A stretch of DNA of 64,000 bases from Polyangiales bacterium (GTDB lineage: Bacteria; Myxococcota_A; Polyangia; Polyangiales; Ga0077539): assembly GCA_044229975.1 (NCBI GenBank), contig JBGARZ010000013.1:192001-256000 (forward strand), read 5' to 3'. The translations under genes were made by a program, and so were the position numbers. Every line of letters starts with the position of its first letter. The stretch's first letter is position 1. The notes below the pieces were generated by a model. It was not told where the DNA came from. It made no database searches and worked only from the letters and a program-made list of their open reading frames with translations. This document shows positions 1 through 9,763 of the stretch, one piece after another.

Positions 1-140
1 TCCTCACGCCGCGGACGAACGACCACTCACCATGGCCCCGCGACTGCGAACTGGGGCGCGATCCTAACCGAGCGCGCGGGAGAATCAACAGCGCAGCGAG
101 GCCCGCGACGACGTGCCGGATTCTCCCTCCCGGCGCGCGG

Positions 141-2888
141 ATGTGCTTGATGGCCCGCATGGCGTCCCCGCCGATGAACCTCCGCCGCGATGTGGTGCCC
201 ATGGCGCAGCCGAAGCGCCACGAGGTGGCCGGTCTGATCTTGTCGGCCCTCACCGTGCTCTCCGCGATGGCGCTCCTCAGCTTCGATGCGCGCGGAGGCG
301 CCGACTGGGCCGGGCCCTTCGGGCGCCGCGTCGCGGAGGTGCTCACCACCGCGCTCGGCACCGCGTCGCTGCTCATCCCGTGGTCCTTCGCCGTCCACGC
401 CGTGCGGATGTTTCGTCGCACGACGCGGCCCGTGGAGGTGTCTCGCGTGCTCGGCACGCTGGCCATCATCGCCACCGCCGCGACGGCACTTCACCTCTGG
501 TGGGGCGAGCGCCCGGCCCTCGGCGGACTCATGGCGGGCGGCATCCTCGGCTCGTCCCTGGGCGACGCCCTGCGCGCCTCCGTCGGAACCGCCGGCGCCC
601 ACACCCTCGTGCTCACCGCCCTGCTCGTCGCCCTCGTCGCACGCACCCGCTTGAGCGTGGTGTCCCTCGCGGCAGGCGCCCGCGCGATGGGCACCAACGG
701 TGGCCTGTGGCTGCGCGACGGCGTCGGTTCGGTGGCGCGCGCGTGGCGTGATTCGAGGCACGTCGGTCGCGACGGCAGCGCTCCTTCGCGCGAGCGCCCC
801 GAGGAGCTGGCCGAGCGCGCCGTGCGCCCCGTCATCGAGCACGACGACGCCGCGGACGAGACCGAAGAGCCCGAGGAGGATGGCCGCTCGCTCGCCGAGA
901 TCATGCTCGACGAGGAAGACCGCGCCGCGAGCGAAGCGAAGCCCGTGCGCCGACCGCGCTCGACCCGCCGCAAGCCCGAGCCCGAGCCCGAGCCCGAGGT
1001 GGACGCCGAACCCGAGCCCGAAGTCGCGCCCGCTCCGAAGGCGACGAAGGCGAGCACGCCGAAGGTTCATGCGCCGCCGAAGGTGACCACGCAGACGGCC
1101 GAGGCCCCCGCGCGCCCGTCGACCCCGCCGCCCGCGACGACCACGCCGACCACGACCCGCCGCGCGTCGACGCCCCCTCCCCCGCGCGCTGCTGCGGTGG
1201 CGGCGGAGCCCGTCGCGGCGACCGACACCGAAGAGGACACGCTGCCCGTCGAGGAGGAAGACCCCGCGGCGCCGCTCACCATCGTGTCGCACGCGCGTGA
1301 GATCGAGCAGGCGATGAAGACCGCCGCGGTGCCCGTGGAGAAGACCGCGGTGCGCGTGGTCGACGTGGTGTCGAAGCCGATGGCGCTGCCCAACACGTCG
1401 CTGCTCTCGCCGCCGCCCGCGACGCGCGTGTCGTTCGACGAGGCGCAGCTCCGCAACACGGCCGACCGGCTGGTGCGAACGCTCGCCGACTACACCATCG
1501 ACGGCCGGGTGATGGAGATCCATCCCGGGCCCGTGGTGACCACGTACGAGGTGGTTCCGGCGGCGGGGACGAAGCTCACGAAGATCTCGCGCCTGAGCGA
1601 CGACATCGCGATGAGCCTCGAAGCGAGCAAGGTGCGCATCGTGGCGCCCATCCCGGGCAAGGGCCGCGTGGGCTTCGAGATTCCCAACGCCACGCGGCAG
1701 ATGGTCAACCTCCGCGAGCTGCTCGACACCGACGCGTTTCGCTCGCTCGGCGGCGCGCTGCCGGTGGCGCTCGGCAAGGACGTCGTGGGGGCGCCGTTCT
1801 ACGCCGACCTCGCCACGATGCCGCACCTCATCGTCGCGGGCGCCACGGGTCAGGGCAAGAGCGTCGGGCTCAACGTCATGCTCACGTCGCTGCTCTACAA
1901 GCGCAGCCCCGACGAGGTGAAGATGCTGATGATCGACCCCAAGATGGTCGAGCTCAACGTCTACGACGGCATCCCCCACATGCTGCTGCCGGTGGTGACC
2001 GACATGAAGAAGGCCACCCTCGCGCTGCGCTGGGTGGTCGACGAGATGGAGCGCCGCTACTCGCTCTTCGCGCAGACCGGCTCGCGCAACATCACCAGCT
2101 ACAACGAGAAGGTCACCGACGCCGTCGCCAAGGGGAAGCCCCTGCGCGGCAGCGACGGCCCGGTGCGCCCCAAGGAGTCGGGCACGACGAAGGCGCTCGC
2201 CGAAGGCAGCGAGGCCGAGGCCCCTCCCCCACCGCGCAAGCTGCCGTACATCCTGTGCGTGGTCGACGAGTTCGCCGACCTCATCATGGTGGCGGGCAAG
2301 GACATCGAGGCCGCCGTCGCCCGCCTCGCCCAGAAGGCACGCGCCGCGGGCATCCATGTGATCCTCGCGACGCAGCGACCGAGCGTCGACGTCATCACGG
2401 GCATCATCAAGGCCAACTTCCCCGCGCGCATCGCGTTCAAGGTGAGCCAGAAGCTCGACTCGCGGGTGATCCTCGATCAGCAGGGCGCCGAGCACCTCCT
2501 CGGCAAGGGCGACATGCTCATCATGCCGCCGGGGTCGAGCGACCTGAAGCGGGTGCACTGCGCCTTCGTACACGAGGACGAGGTGCAGGCAGTGACAGAC
2601 CATTGGCGCGCGCAGGGATCACCCACCTACGACGAGGACATCCTCAAGCCGCGCGACGAGGAGGGCGAGGTCGACGAGGCCCACGAGTCGGACATCCGCG
2701 TGCCCGCCGAGAAGTACGAGAAGGCCGTGCAGCTCGTGCTGTCGCACCGGAAGTGCAGCGTGTCGTTCGTGCAGCGCTACCTGGGCATCGGCTACAACGT
2801 CGCCGCGCGCATCGTCGACAAGATGGAGCGCGAGGGCATCGTCGGCGCGCCGAAGGGCCCCGGCAAGGAGCGCGAGGTGCTCGGATGA
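141..2888 (+). CDS. ftsK: DNA translocase FtsK/SpoIIIE
   Basis: N-terminal 4TM region, Pro/Glu/Thr-rich linker, motor domain (PGPVVTTYE, PHLIVAGATGQGKS Walker A, VVDEFADL Walker B, LATQRPSVDVITG), C-terminal gamma domain (SVSFVQRYLGIGYNVAARIVD). True start may be a downstream ATG (159/174/201). Confidence 0.96.
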   Translation: MCLMARMASPPMNLRRDVVPMAQPKRHEVAGLILSALTVLSAMALLSFDARGGADWAGPFGRRVAEVLTTALGTASLLIPWSFAVHAVRMFRRTTRPVEVSRVLGTLAIIATAATALHLWWGERPALGGLMAGGILGSSLGDALRASVGTAGAHTLVLTALLVALVARTRLSVVSLAAGARAMGTNGGLWLRDGVGSVARAWRDSRHVGRDGSAPSRERPEELAERAVRPVIEHDDAADETEEPEEDGRSLAEIMLDEEDRAASEAKPVRRPRSTRRKPEPEPEPEVDAEPEPEVAPAPKATKASTPKVHAPPKVTTQTAEAPARPSTPPPATTTPTTTRRASTPPPPRAAAVAAEPVAATDTEEDTLPVEEEDPAAPLTIVSHAREIEQAMKTAAVPVEKTAVRVVDVVSKPMALPNTSLLSPPPATRVSFDEAQLRNTADRLVRTLADYTIDGRVMEIHPGPVVTTYEVVPAAGTKLTKISRLSDDIAMSLEASKVRIVAPIPGKGRVGFEIPNATRQMVNLRELLDTDAFRSLGGALPVALGKDVVGAPFYADLATMPHLIVAGATGQGKSVGLNVMLTSLLYKRSPDEVKMLMIDPKMVELNVYDGIPHMLLPVVTDMKKATLALRWVVDEMERRYSLFAQTGSRNITSYNEKVTDAVAKGKPLRGSDGPVRPKESGTTKALAEGSEAEAPPPPRKLPYILCVVDEFADLIMVAGKDIEAAVARLAQKARAAGIHVILATQRPSVDVITGIIKANFPARIAFKVSQKLDSRVILDQQGAEHLLGKGDMLIMPPGSSDLKRVHCAFVHEDEVQAVTDHWRAQGSPTYDEDILKPRDEEGEVDEAHESDIRVPAEKYEKAVQLVLSHRKCSVSFVQRYLGIGYNVAARIVDKMEREGIVGAPKGPGKEREVLG

Positions 2889-4087
2889 CCCCCGGTGGTA
2901 TATCCCCGCACCGAGCGATGACGACCCCGCGACGCCTCCGTGTTCTCGTAACGCTCGCGGCCGTCGGGCTCCTCGCCCCGGCCCTCTCCGTCGCGCAGCC
3001 CGCGCCCAACCAGCAGCCCGCCGCGCAGCGCGTGGTGGTGCTGCTCCCCATCGATGGCACGGCGACGGCCGACCTCCAGACCACCGTCGAGTCCACGCTG
3101 CGCGGCGCCCTCATCGCGCGCGGCTCGCGCCTGCCCGACCGCGCCGCCATCAACCTCGGTCTCGGGCTGTCGCCGCCGACGGAGACCACCGCCCTCGCCC
3201 GCGCGGCGCAGACCATGGGCGCCACCACCGTGCTGCGCGCGACGCTGCGCCCGTTCACCGGGCAGTACAGCCTCTCGCTCACCCTCATCGACGCGGCCTC
3301 GGGCCGCACCGCGACGCGCGACGAGATCGTCCACAACGAAGACGCCGGCGAGGTGATCGGTCGCATGCTCGACGCGCTGCTCGACCCGGCCAACTGGTCG
3401 GCGCCGCCGGTCGATCCGGCGATCGAGCGCGAGGCCGAAGCCGCGCGGCAGCGAGCCGCCGCGGAAGCCGAAGCCGCGAGGCAGCGGGCGCTCACCGACG
3501 AAGAGACGGCGCGGCGCCGGGCGGCGGAAGAAGCGCAACGGCAGCGCGAGGCCGACGAGCGGGCGCACCCGGTGCGGGGCTACGCGGACGGCGGGCCCTT
3601 CGCCATCGGCGTGTCCCTCGTCGCGGGCGGTCGGCTGTCGGGCGTGCAGCAGCCGAGCGGGATGGTGCTCTCGGGCAACGCGCCGAGCGAGGCGTCGAGC
3701 GCGGCCGTGGCGATACGCGCGGAGGGGGCCTACGCCTTCAGCGGCGTGCGCGGCCTGGAGGCGACGGCGGCGCTCATGCTGCTGACCACGCCGACCACGG
3801 CCTTCGGCATCGGCGTCGGCGGGCAGTACACGTTTCCCTCGTCGGGGCGGCTGCCGCTGCGAGGCACCGCGGGCGTGACGCTCGGGCTGTGGCAGGGGGC
3901 CTCCGGGGCGCGCGCCACGACGCTGTGGTTCAACCCGTATGTGCGGGCCGAGTGGGGCTTCACGCCGACGGTGGCGGCCTTCGTGGGGCTGTCGCTCGAC
4001 GTCGCGCCGGCCGACAACGGCGGCGTCACGGCGCTCGGGGCGATGATGGGCGTGCGCTTCCGCCTCGGGTCGACCGCCGCCCGCTGA
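2885..4087 (+). CDS. Exported hypothetical protein: signal peptide, alpha/beta domain, Ala/Glu/Arg coiled coil, probable C-terminal outer-membrane beta-barrel
   Basis: ATG overlaps the ftsK stop (ATGA at 2885-2888; alternative start 2918). Signal-peptide-like LVTLAAVGLLAPALSVAQ; alternating hydrophobic strands ending in GVRFRLG. Confidence 0.7.
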   Translation: MTPGGISPHRAMTTPRRLRVLVTLAAVGLLAPALSVAQPAPNQQPAAQRVVVLLPIDGTATADLQTTVESTLRGALIARGSRLPDRAAINLGLGLSPPTETTALARAAQTMGATTVLRATLRPFTGQYSLSLTLIDAASGRTATRDEIVHNEDAGEVIGRMLDALLDPANWSAPPVDPAIEREAEAARQRAAAEAEAARQRALTDEETARRRAAEEAQRQREADERAHPVRGYADGGPFAIGVSLVAGGRLSGVQQPSGMVLSGNAPSEASSAAVAIRAEGAYAFSGVRGLEATAALMLLTTPTTAFGIGVGGQYTFPSSGRLPLRGTAGVTLGLWQGASGARATTLWFNPYVRAEWGFTPTVAAFVGLSLDVAPADNGGVTALGAMMGVRFRLGSTAAR

Positions 4088-4108
4088 TCTGGACACGCCG
4101 CGCGGAGT

Positions 4109-5674
4109 GTGGTGATCCACCGCGCCGTGGCGAACAACGGCGAGAGCACCCCGACCAGCACCGACACCGAGACCCGCAGCGAGACCACCGCGCGTGAGTC
4201 CACCCGCGGTGTCGCCGTCATCGCGGCGGCCAAGGGATGGTTCCTGCTCACGGGCTTCGCGCAGCCGCTGCTGCTGACGCGGTTGCTGCTGGGCGAGGGC
4301 TACGGCCTCTACGGCGTGGTGCTCAACGTCGTCTCCATCCTCAACAACGTGGTCGTCGCCGGGAGCATCCAGGCGATGTCCCGCGCGGTCACCGAGTCGG
4401 GCGTCGTCGCGCTGCGCCGCGGGCTCGTCCTGCACGGCGCGCTGGGACTTCTGCTCGCGGGCGGTCTCTTCGCGGGAGCCGACGCGCTGGGCGCGGGCGT
4501 GCTGCACGACACGCGGCTGCCGGCGCTGCTCCGCATCGGCGCGATCATCGTCGCGGACTACAGCGTGTACGCGGCCCTCGTCGGCGCGCTCAACGGGCTG
4601 CAGAGGTTTCGCGCGCAGGCCGGGCTCGACATCACCTTCGCGACGCTCCGCACCGGCCTAGTGCTGGGGCTCGCCTCGACCTCGCTGCGCGTCACCGGCG
4701 CCGTGACGGGCTTCGCGATCGCGAGCGTTCTCATCCTGCTCACGGCCTTCGCGCTGCTGCGCAACGACCTCCGGGCGGCGCCCTCGACGGATGCATCGTC
4801 CGAGGGCTTCGCGAGGCGCTACGCGCGCTTCTTCGCGCCGGTGCTCGTCTACCAGTTCGCGCTCAACCTGGTGCTCCAGTCCGACCTCCTGGTGATGAAG
4901 GCCGTGCTCGCGCGGCGGCCGGGCGTCGACGAGGCGGCCGTCAACGCCCTCACCGGCGTCTACAAGGCCGTGCAGAACTTCGCGTTCCTGCCGTACCAGC
5001 TCCTGCTCGCGGTGACCTTCGTGGTGTTTCCGGTGGTGTCGAAGGCCACGCTCGACGGCGACCGCGAGGCGACCGCGGGCTTCGTCGGCGGCGCCATGCG
5101 CTTCAGCGCCATCGGGCTCGGGGCCATGGTCGCCGTCCTCGGTGGCATGCCCCGCGGCGTGCTCCACCTCGCGTACCGACCGCCCTTCGACCAGGGCATC
5201 GAGGCGCTCCGCTGGCTCTCGCTCGCGCAGGGCGCGTTCGCCCTCTCGGTCATCGGGACCACCATCGTGCTCGCGTCCGGCCGCACCGCCGCCGCGACCG
5301 CGCTCATGGCCGCGATGCTCGGCGCCGTGTTCGCGGGCGACGTGCTCGGCCTCGGCGCGTCGACCGCCGACCTCTCGGCCGTCACCCACACCGCCGTCGG
5401 AACCCTCTTCGGCTGCCTCGTCGGCCTCGCCCTCGTCGGCGCCTATGTCCGCAAGACCTTCGGGGCGTTTCTGTCGATGGGCACCGCGGCCCGCGTCGCC
5501 GCGTGCGCGCTCGGGGCGGGGGCCGTGGGGGCGTATGTTCCGTGGCCGGGGAAGGTCGGCACCCTGGTGGGCGCCGCGGTCATCGGGGTGGTCTATCTGG
5601 TGCTGCTGGTGGTGAGCCGCGAGCTCGGCGCCGCGGAGGTCGCGCGCATCCGACGGGTGCTGCTGCGCCGCTGA
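4109..5674 (+). CDS. MOP-superfamily flippase (Wzx/MurJ-like polysaccharide biosynthesis protein)
   Basis: About 14 hydrophobic segments; LTRLL..EGYGLYG start typical of Polysacc_synt flippases; VVFPVVSKA motif. Confidence 0.8.
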   Translation: MVIHRAVANNGESTPTSTDTETRSETTARESTRGVAVIAAAKGWFLLTGFAQPLLLTRLLLGEGYGLYGVVLNVVSILNNVVVAGSIQAMSRAVTESGVVALRRGLVLHGALGLLLAGGLFAGADALGAGVLHDTRLPALLRIGAIIVADYSVYAALVGALNGLQRFRAQAGLDITFATLRTGLVLGLASTSLRVTGAVTGFAIASVLILLTAFALLRNDLRAAPSTDASSEGFARRYARFFAPVLVYQFALNLVLQSDLLVMKAVLARRPGVDEAAVNALTGVYKAVQNFAFLPYQLLLAVTFVVFPVVSKATLDGDREATAGFVGGAMRFSAIGLGAMVAVLGGMPRGVLHLAYRPPFDQGIEALRWLSLAQGAFALSVIGTTIVLASGRTAAATALMAAMLGAVFAGDVLGLGASTADLSAVTHTAVGTLFGCLVGLALVGAYVRKTFGAFLSMGTAARVAACALGAGAVGAYVPWPGKVGTLVGAAVIGVVYLVLLVVSRELGAAEVARIRRVLLRR

Positions 5675-5678
5675 GCGA

Positions 5679-7730
5679 CTACGCCTCGGTCGTCGCCCCG
5701 ACGTCGACCTTCGCCTCGTCGTGCGTCGCCGCGTGCACGAGGCCCGCGGCGATCTCCAGCGCCTGGCGCGCCCGGTCGAGCAGCGCCTCGGACGACACCT
5801 GCCGACGCTCCAGCGTCGCGAGCCGCTCGCGCGCCGCGGTCAGATCGCGCGCCGCCGCCTCGGCCTTCTCGTGCGCCGCGCTGAGCTCCGACGCGAGCAC
5901 CGCGCCCTGCGAGCGCGCCGCCGACAGCTCGGACTCCAGCGCCGACAGCCGCTCGCCCTGCTCGCGCAGCGACGCCTCCGCCGCGGCCAGCGACGACTGC
6001 GCCGCCGAGTGCTCGGCCTTCGTCGAGTCGACGGCCGTCACGTAGTCCGCGCGCAGCGAGTCGACCACCTGAGCGTGCTCCGAACGCAGCGACGCGAGAG
6101 CCGCCGCGTGCTCCGACCGCGCGGACTCCAGGGCCCGCTCCAGCTCGGCGCGCGCCGAGCCTTCGCCCTGCTGCGCGAGCGCCCGGGCCTCGGCCCGAAC
6201 CTCCTCCAACGCCTGGACGTGCTCGTCGCGCAGCGCCGACTCGGCGGCCTCCCTGGCGGCGGTCAGCGCGGCCAGCGATGCACCCGCGGCCGCGGCTGCC
6301 GCCACGGCGACCTCCACCTCGCGGCGCAGGGCGTCGACCTCCCTCGCCCGCTGCGCCTCGGCCTCCGCGAGCTGTTGCCGCAGCGCGGACTCGCCCTCGC
6401 TGCCCGCGGCGCGCGCGTCGGCCAGCGCCCGCTCGAACTCCGCGCGACGCGCCGACTCGGCCTGGAGCGCCGCCTGGAGCGACTCGCTGGAGTGCCGCGC
6501 CGCCGCCGCCTCGTGCTCGCGCTCGGCCAGGCGGTCGTCCACGTCGGCCGCGGACATCTCGGCCTTCAACAGGCTGTCGCGCAGCTCGAGGATCTCCTTG
6601 TCGCGCGCGTGGATCTCCTTGTCCTTGCGGTTGAGGGTCTCTCGCAGCTCCAGAAACTCCCTCGTCGACACGGCCCCCGGCCTCGCCGGAGCCGCCGCTG
6701 CCGCAACCACCGGCACGCTCGACGCGCGGCGGGCCTCTTCAAGCTCGCGGGTGATGCGCGCGAGCTCGTCGCCCTGGGCGCGCAGCCGCTGGTTCTCCTC
6801 GGTGAGCTCGACCACGCGCTGCGTGGCGCCCTGGGCGGTGGAGAGGTCGCGTTCGAGCTCTTCGATGCGGCGGCGCATGCGATCGCCCTCCGCGGCGCTC
6901 GGGCCCACCGGCAGCGGCGGGGTCGACGGCAGCGGGGCGATGGGCGACGCGAGGCCCAGGCGCGACGACGTGCTCTGGAGCGCCGGAATCGGCGTGATGG
7001 ACACCTTCCGCAGCGGCGGAGGCGTGGTCTCCACGGCGCGCGCGATATCCTGGAGGTTGGGAGGGAGCTCCAGACCCGACGAGACCATGGTGAAGTCTTC
7101 GAAGTCGTCGGCGTTGGAGCGGTGCTCGGACTGCCCCGGGGGGAGCTCGGGCGGCGCTTCGAGCAGCGACGCCGCGGCGCTCGGGGCGAGCGAGGGCGAG
7201 CCCGGCGGGGGGTTGCTCTCGAGGATGATGGAGTCGAAGGCCGCGTTGGCGAGCAGCCCGGACATGTCGTCGTCGAGGTTGATCGGCGCGTCGTCGTCGG
7301 CCGCCTCCACGACGGCCTCCTCGTCGACCATGATCTCGCTGTCCCGCGGCGACGGAATCTCCACGAAGGCCGCGGCCCGCGCGATGAGCGCCTCCGGGTC
7401 GATGGGCTTGTGGAGGTAGTCCTCGGCGCGCGTGCGCAGCTTGCTGTGCTGCTCGAAGGTCTCCGGGGGCGAGTCCGACGACACGATGACGAGGGGGATG
7501 TCCTTCAGCTCGGGGTTTTTCTTGATGCGGTTGCACACGGCGAAGCCGTTCATCCGGGGGAGCTCGATGGCCAGCACGATGAGCCCCGGCCGGTCGTCGA
7601 GCGCGACCTCCAGGCCCTGCTGCCCGTCGTCCACCACCCGCACCGTGCACCCTCGGCGCGCGAAGGCCCGCTCCAACGCATCGGCGAAGGGTCGGTCGTA
7701 CTCGAAGATCAACACCTTCAGACCGCTCAT
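5679..7730 (-). CDS. FrzS/AglZ-like protein: atypical receiver domain, acidic/Pro linker, long coiled coil
   Basis: Receiver fold with Ala in place of the phospho-acceptor Asp (LIVLAIELP), plus CNRIKKNPELKDIP and FEQHSKLRTRAEDYLHKP, which parallel myxobacterial FrzS; C-terminal heptad-rich region. Confidence 0.8.
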   Translation of the reverse strand: MSGLKVLIFEYDRPFADALERAFARRGCTVRVVDDGQQGLEVALDDRPGLIVLAIELPRMNGFAVCNRIKKNPELKDIPLVIVSSDSPPETFEQHSKLRTRAEDYLHKPIDPEALIARAAAFVEIPSPRDSEIMVDEEAVVEAADDDAPINLDDDMSGLLANAAFDSIILESNPPPGSPSLAPSAAASLLEAPPELPPGQSEHRSNADDFEDFTMVSSGLELPPNLQDIARAVETTPPPLRKVSITPIPALQSTSSRLGLASPIAPLPSTPPLPVGPSAAEGDRMRRRIEELERDLSTAQGATQRVVELTEENQRLRAQGDELARITRELEEARRASSVPVVAAAAAPARPGAVSTREFLELRETLNRKDKEIHARDKEILELRDSLLKAEMSAADVDDRLAEREHEAAAARHSSESLQAALQAESARRAEFERALADARAAGSEGESALRQQLAEAEAQRAREVDALRREVEVAVAAAAAAGASLAALTAAREAAESALRDEHVQALEEVRAEARALAQQGEGSARAELERALESARSEHAAALASLRSEHAQVVDSLRADYVTAVDSTKAEHSAAQSSLAAAEASLREQGERLSALESELSAARSQGAVLASELSAAHEKAEAAARDLTAARERLATLERRQVSSEALLDRARQALEIAAGLVHAATHDEAKVDVGATTEA

Positions 7731-7796
7731 GATCTCTCGCGCTCCATCACCGCCCGCGCGGCGCGATTCCAGCCTACGAGGGCCGCGATCGAAAGG

Positions 7797-8486
7797 TCAA
7801 CGACGATGCGCGACCGCCCCCACGAGCGCGCCCACGGTGAGCTCTCGCACGTGCCCGGCCACGAGGTCGGCCCCCGCCGCGCGCAGCGCCGACGCGTCGT
7901 AGGTGTGCGCTACCGCCACAGCCCCGAGACCCGCCGCCCGCGCCGACTCGACGCCCGCGACGCTGTCCTCGATGGCCACGCAGCGCGCCGGGTCGAGCGA
8001 CCCGACGAGGGCCGAGAGCCGGGCGATGGCGAGGAGGTAGCCCTCCGGGTCGGGCTTGCACGCGGCGACGTCCTCGGCCGCCACGATGACCCGAACGACT
8101 CCCTCCGCTCCCATCACCCGCAGCGCGGCGTCGATTTCACCCCGCAGCGCGCCGCTCACGATGGCGACCGGAACCTCCGCGGCGACCGAGCGCAGCAGCG
8201 CCGGAGCGCCCTCGAAGACGTCGAGCGAGCGCGCGGCGAGCTCGTTGTAGACTACGCTCTTGGCGGCGATGAGCGAGGCGATGCGCTCGGGCTCGGCGGC
8301 GAGGCCGTGGTCGCCGAGCATGGCGGAGAAGGCGCCCCGGTCATCGAAGCCCAGATAGCGCTCGTTGTAGCGGTCGAGGGAGACCGAGACGCCCAGAGGC
8401 GCGAGGGCGGCATTGAAGCCCGCGAGGTGGAGGCGCTCGTCGTCGACGAGCACGCCGTTGAAGTCGAAAAACGCCGCCTGCAACAT
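7797..8486 (-). CDS. HAD-superfamily (IA) hydrolase/phosphatase
   Basis: Motif I FDFNGVLVD, motif II IVSG, KPDPEGY, IEDSVAGVESA. Confidence 0.88.
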   Translation of the reverse strand: MLQAAFFDFNGVLVDDERLHLAGFNAALAPLGVSVSLDRYNERYLGFDDRGAFSAMLGDHGLAAEPERIASLIAAKSVVYNELAARSLDVFEGAPALLRSVAAEVPVAIVSGALRGEIDAALRVMGAEGVVRVIVAAEDVAACKPDPEGYLLAIARLSALVGSLDPARCVAIEDSVAGVESARAAGLGAVAVAHTYDASALRAAGADLVAGHVRELTVGALVGAVAHRR

Positions 8487-8644
8487 CGCCGCGAACGTTG
8501 CCACAACCACGCGTGGCGGCGGTGTAGGTTCGACGTCAGGGGTTGCTCCGCGCGCAGCGGCTCTGGTATGCCCGATGGGAGACCTCGCGTTGTCGCGCTG
8601 AGTGCGCGGCGGACGCCGACCACAACGCGAGTGCTCCGGAGCCG

Positions 8645-9118
8645 ATGCCCATGAACGTGGTGATGTATGAGGACGAGCTAAACCAGATCCAGGTGGTGGT
8701 GGACAGGCTCGTCCGCGACGCGAACGCGCGGGTGGTCTGCATCGTCGACAAGAACGGTCAGCTCATCGCCGCCAGCGGGGAGACGGACAACCTCGACACC
8801 ACCTCGCTGGCCTCGCTCATCGCCGGCACCATCGCCGCGATGGGCGGCATGGCGAAGCTGCTGAAGGAAAACGAGTTCCCCACGCAGTTTCACGAGGGGG
8901 TGAAGGCCAACATCCACATCCAGCTCGTGGGCAACCGGGTGATCCTCGCCGTGATCTTCGACTCCCGCGCCACGCTCGGTCTCGTCCGCCTCCGCGTGAA
9001 GCGCGCGAGCGACGAGCTCAACACGATCTTCGAGGCCCTCGCCAAGCGACTGCCCACGGGCGATGGCCCCATCGACGGAATCACCGACGAGGACATCGAC
9101 AACCTCTTCAACGACTGA
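8645..9118 (+). CDS. mglB: Gliding-motility GTPase-activating protein MglB (Roadblock/LC7)
   Basis: VMYEDE, DANARVV, VDKNGQLI, DTTSLASL, ENEFPTQFHEG, LGLVRLRVKRASDEL and ITDEDIDNLF closely match Myxococcus MglB; directly upstream of mglA. Confidence 0.95.
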   Translation: MPMNVVMYEDELNQIQVVVDRLVRDANARVVCIVDKNGQLIAASGETDNLDTTSLASLIAGTIAAMGGMAKLLKENEFPTQFHEGVKANIHIQLVGNRVILAVIFDSRATLGLVRLRVKRASDELNTIFEALAKRLPTGDGPIDGITDEDIDNLFND

Positions 9119-9155
9119 CCCTTCAGCCCCGACCGCCCCCACCCGAGGCCCGCCG

Positions 9156-9749
9156 ATGTCCTTCATCAACTACGGTCAGCGCGAGATCAACTGCAAGATC
9201 GTCTATTACGGTCCGGGGTTGTGCGGGAAGACCACCAACCTCCAGTGGATCTACCAACGCACCGCCCCCGAGGCGAAGGGCAAGATGATCTCCCTCGCCA
9301 CGGAGCAGGACCGCACGCTCTTCTTCGACTTCCTCCCGCTCTCGCTCGGTGAGATCCGCGGCTTCAAGACACGCTTCCACCTCTACACGGTGCCGGGCCA
9401 GGTCTTCTACGACGCCTCGCGCAAGCTCATCCTGAAGGGCGTCGACGGCGTGGTCTTCGTGGCCGACTCCCAGATCGGCCGCGTCGAGGCCAACATGGAG
9501 TCGCTCGAAAACCTCCAGGGCAACCTCACCGAGCAGGGCTACACCCTGGAGAAGCTCCCGTTCATCGTGCAGTACAACAAGCGCGACCTGCCCGACATCG
9601 CGCCCGTCGAAGAACTCCGCGAGCTCCTCAACCCGGGCCACCAGCCCGACTTCGAGGCCGTCGCCAGCAAGGGCATCGGCGTCTTCGACACCCTCAAGGC
9701 CGTCGCCAAGTCCGTGCTCACCGAGCTCAAGCGCGGCGCCGGCGCGTAG
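9156..9749 (+). CDS. mglA: Gliding-motility small GTPase MglA
   Basis: MSFINY..REINCKIVYYGPGLCGKTTNL, DRTLFFDFLPL, TVPGQVFY, QYNKRDLP. Confidence 0.98.
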   Translation: MSFINYGQREINCKIVYYGPGLCGKTTNLQWIYQRTAPEAKGKMISLATEQDRTLFFDFLPLSLGEIRGFKTRFHLYTVPGQVFYDASRKLILKGVDGVVFVADSQIGRVEANMESLENLQGNLTEQGYTLEKLPFIVQYNKRDLPDIAPVEELRELLNPGHQPDFEAVASKGIGVFDTLKAVAKSVLTELKRGAGA

Positions 9750-9763
9750 AGCCCCTCCCACCC

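Noticed and set aside
27..2603. Long antisense and alternate-frame ORFs (e.g. 27-2603, 5721-8654, 11826-14204, 58484-61261)
   Set aside because: Shadow ORFs of real genes caused by high GC; Arg/Gly/His-rich with no motifs.
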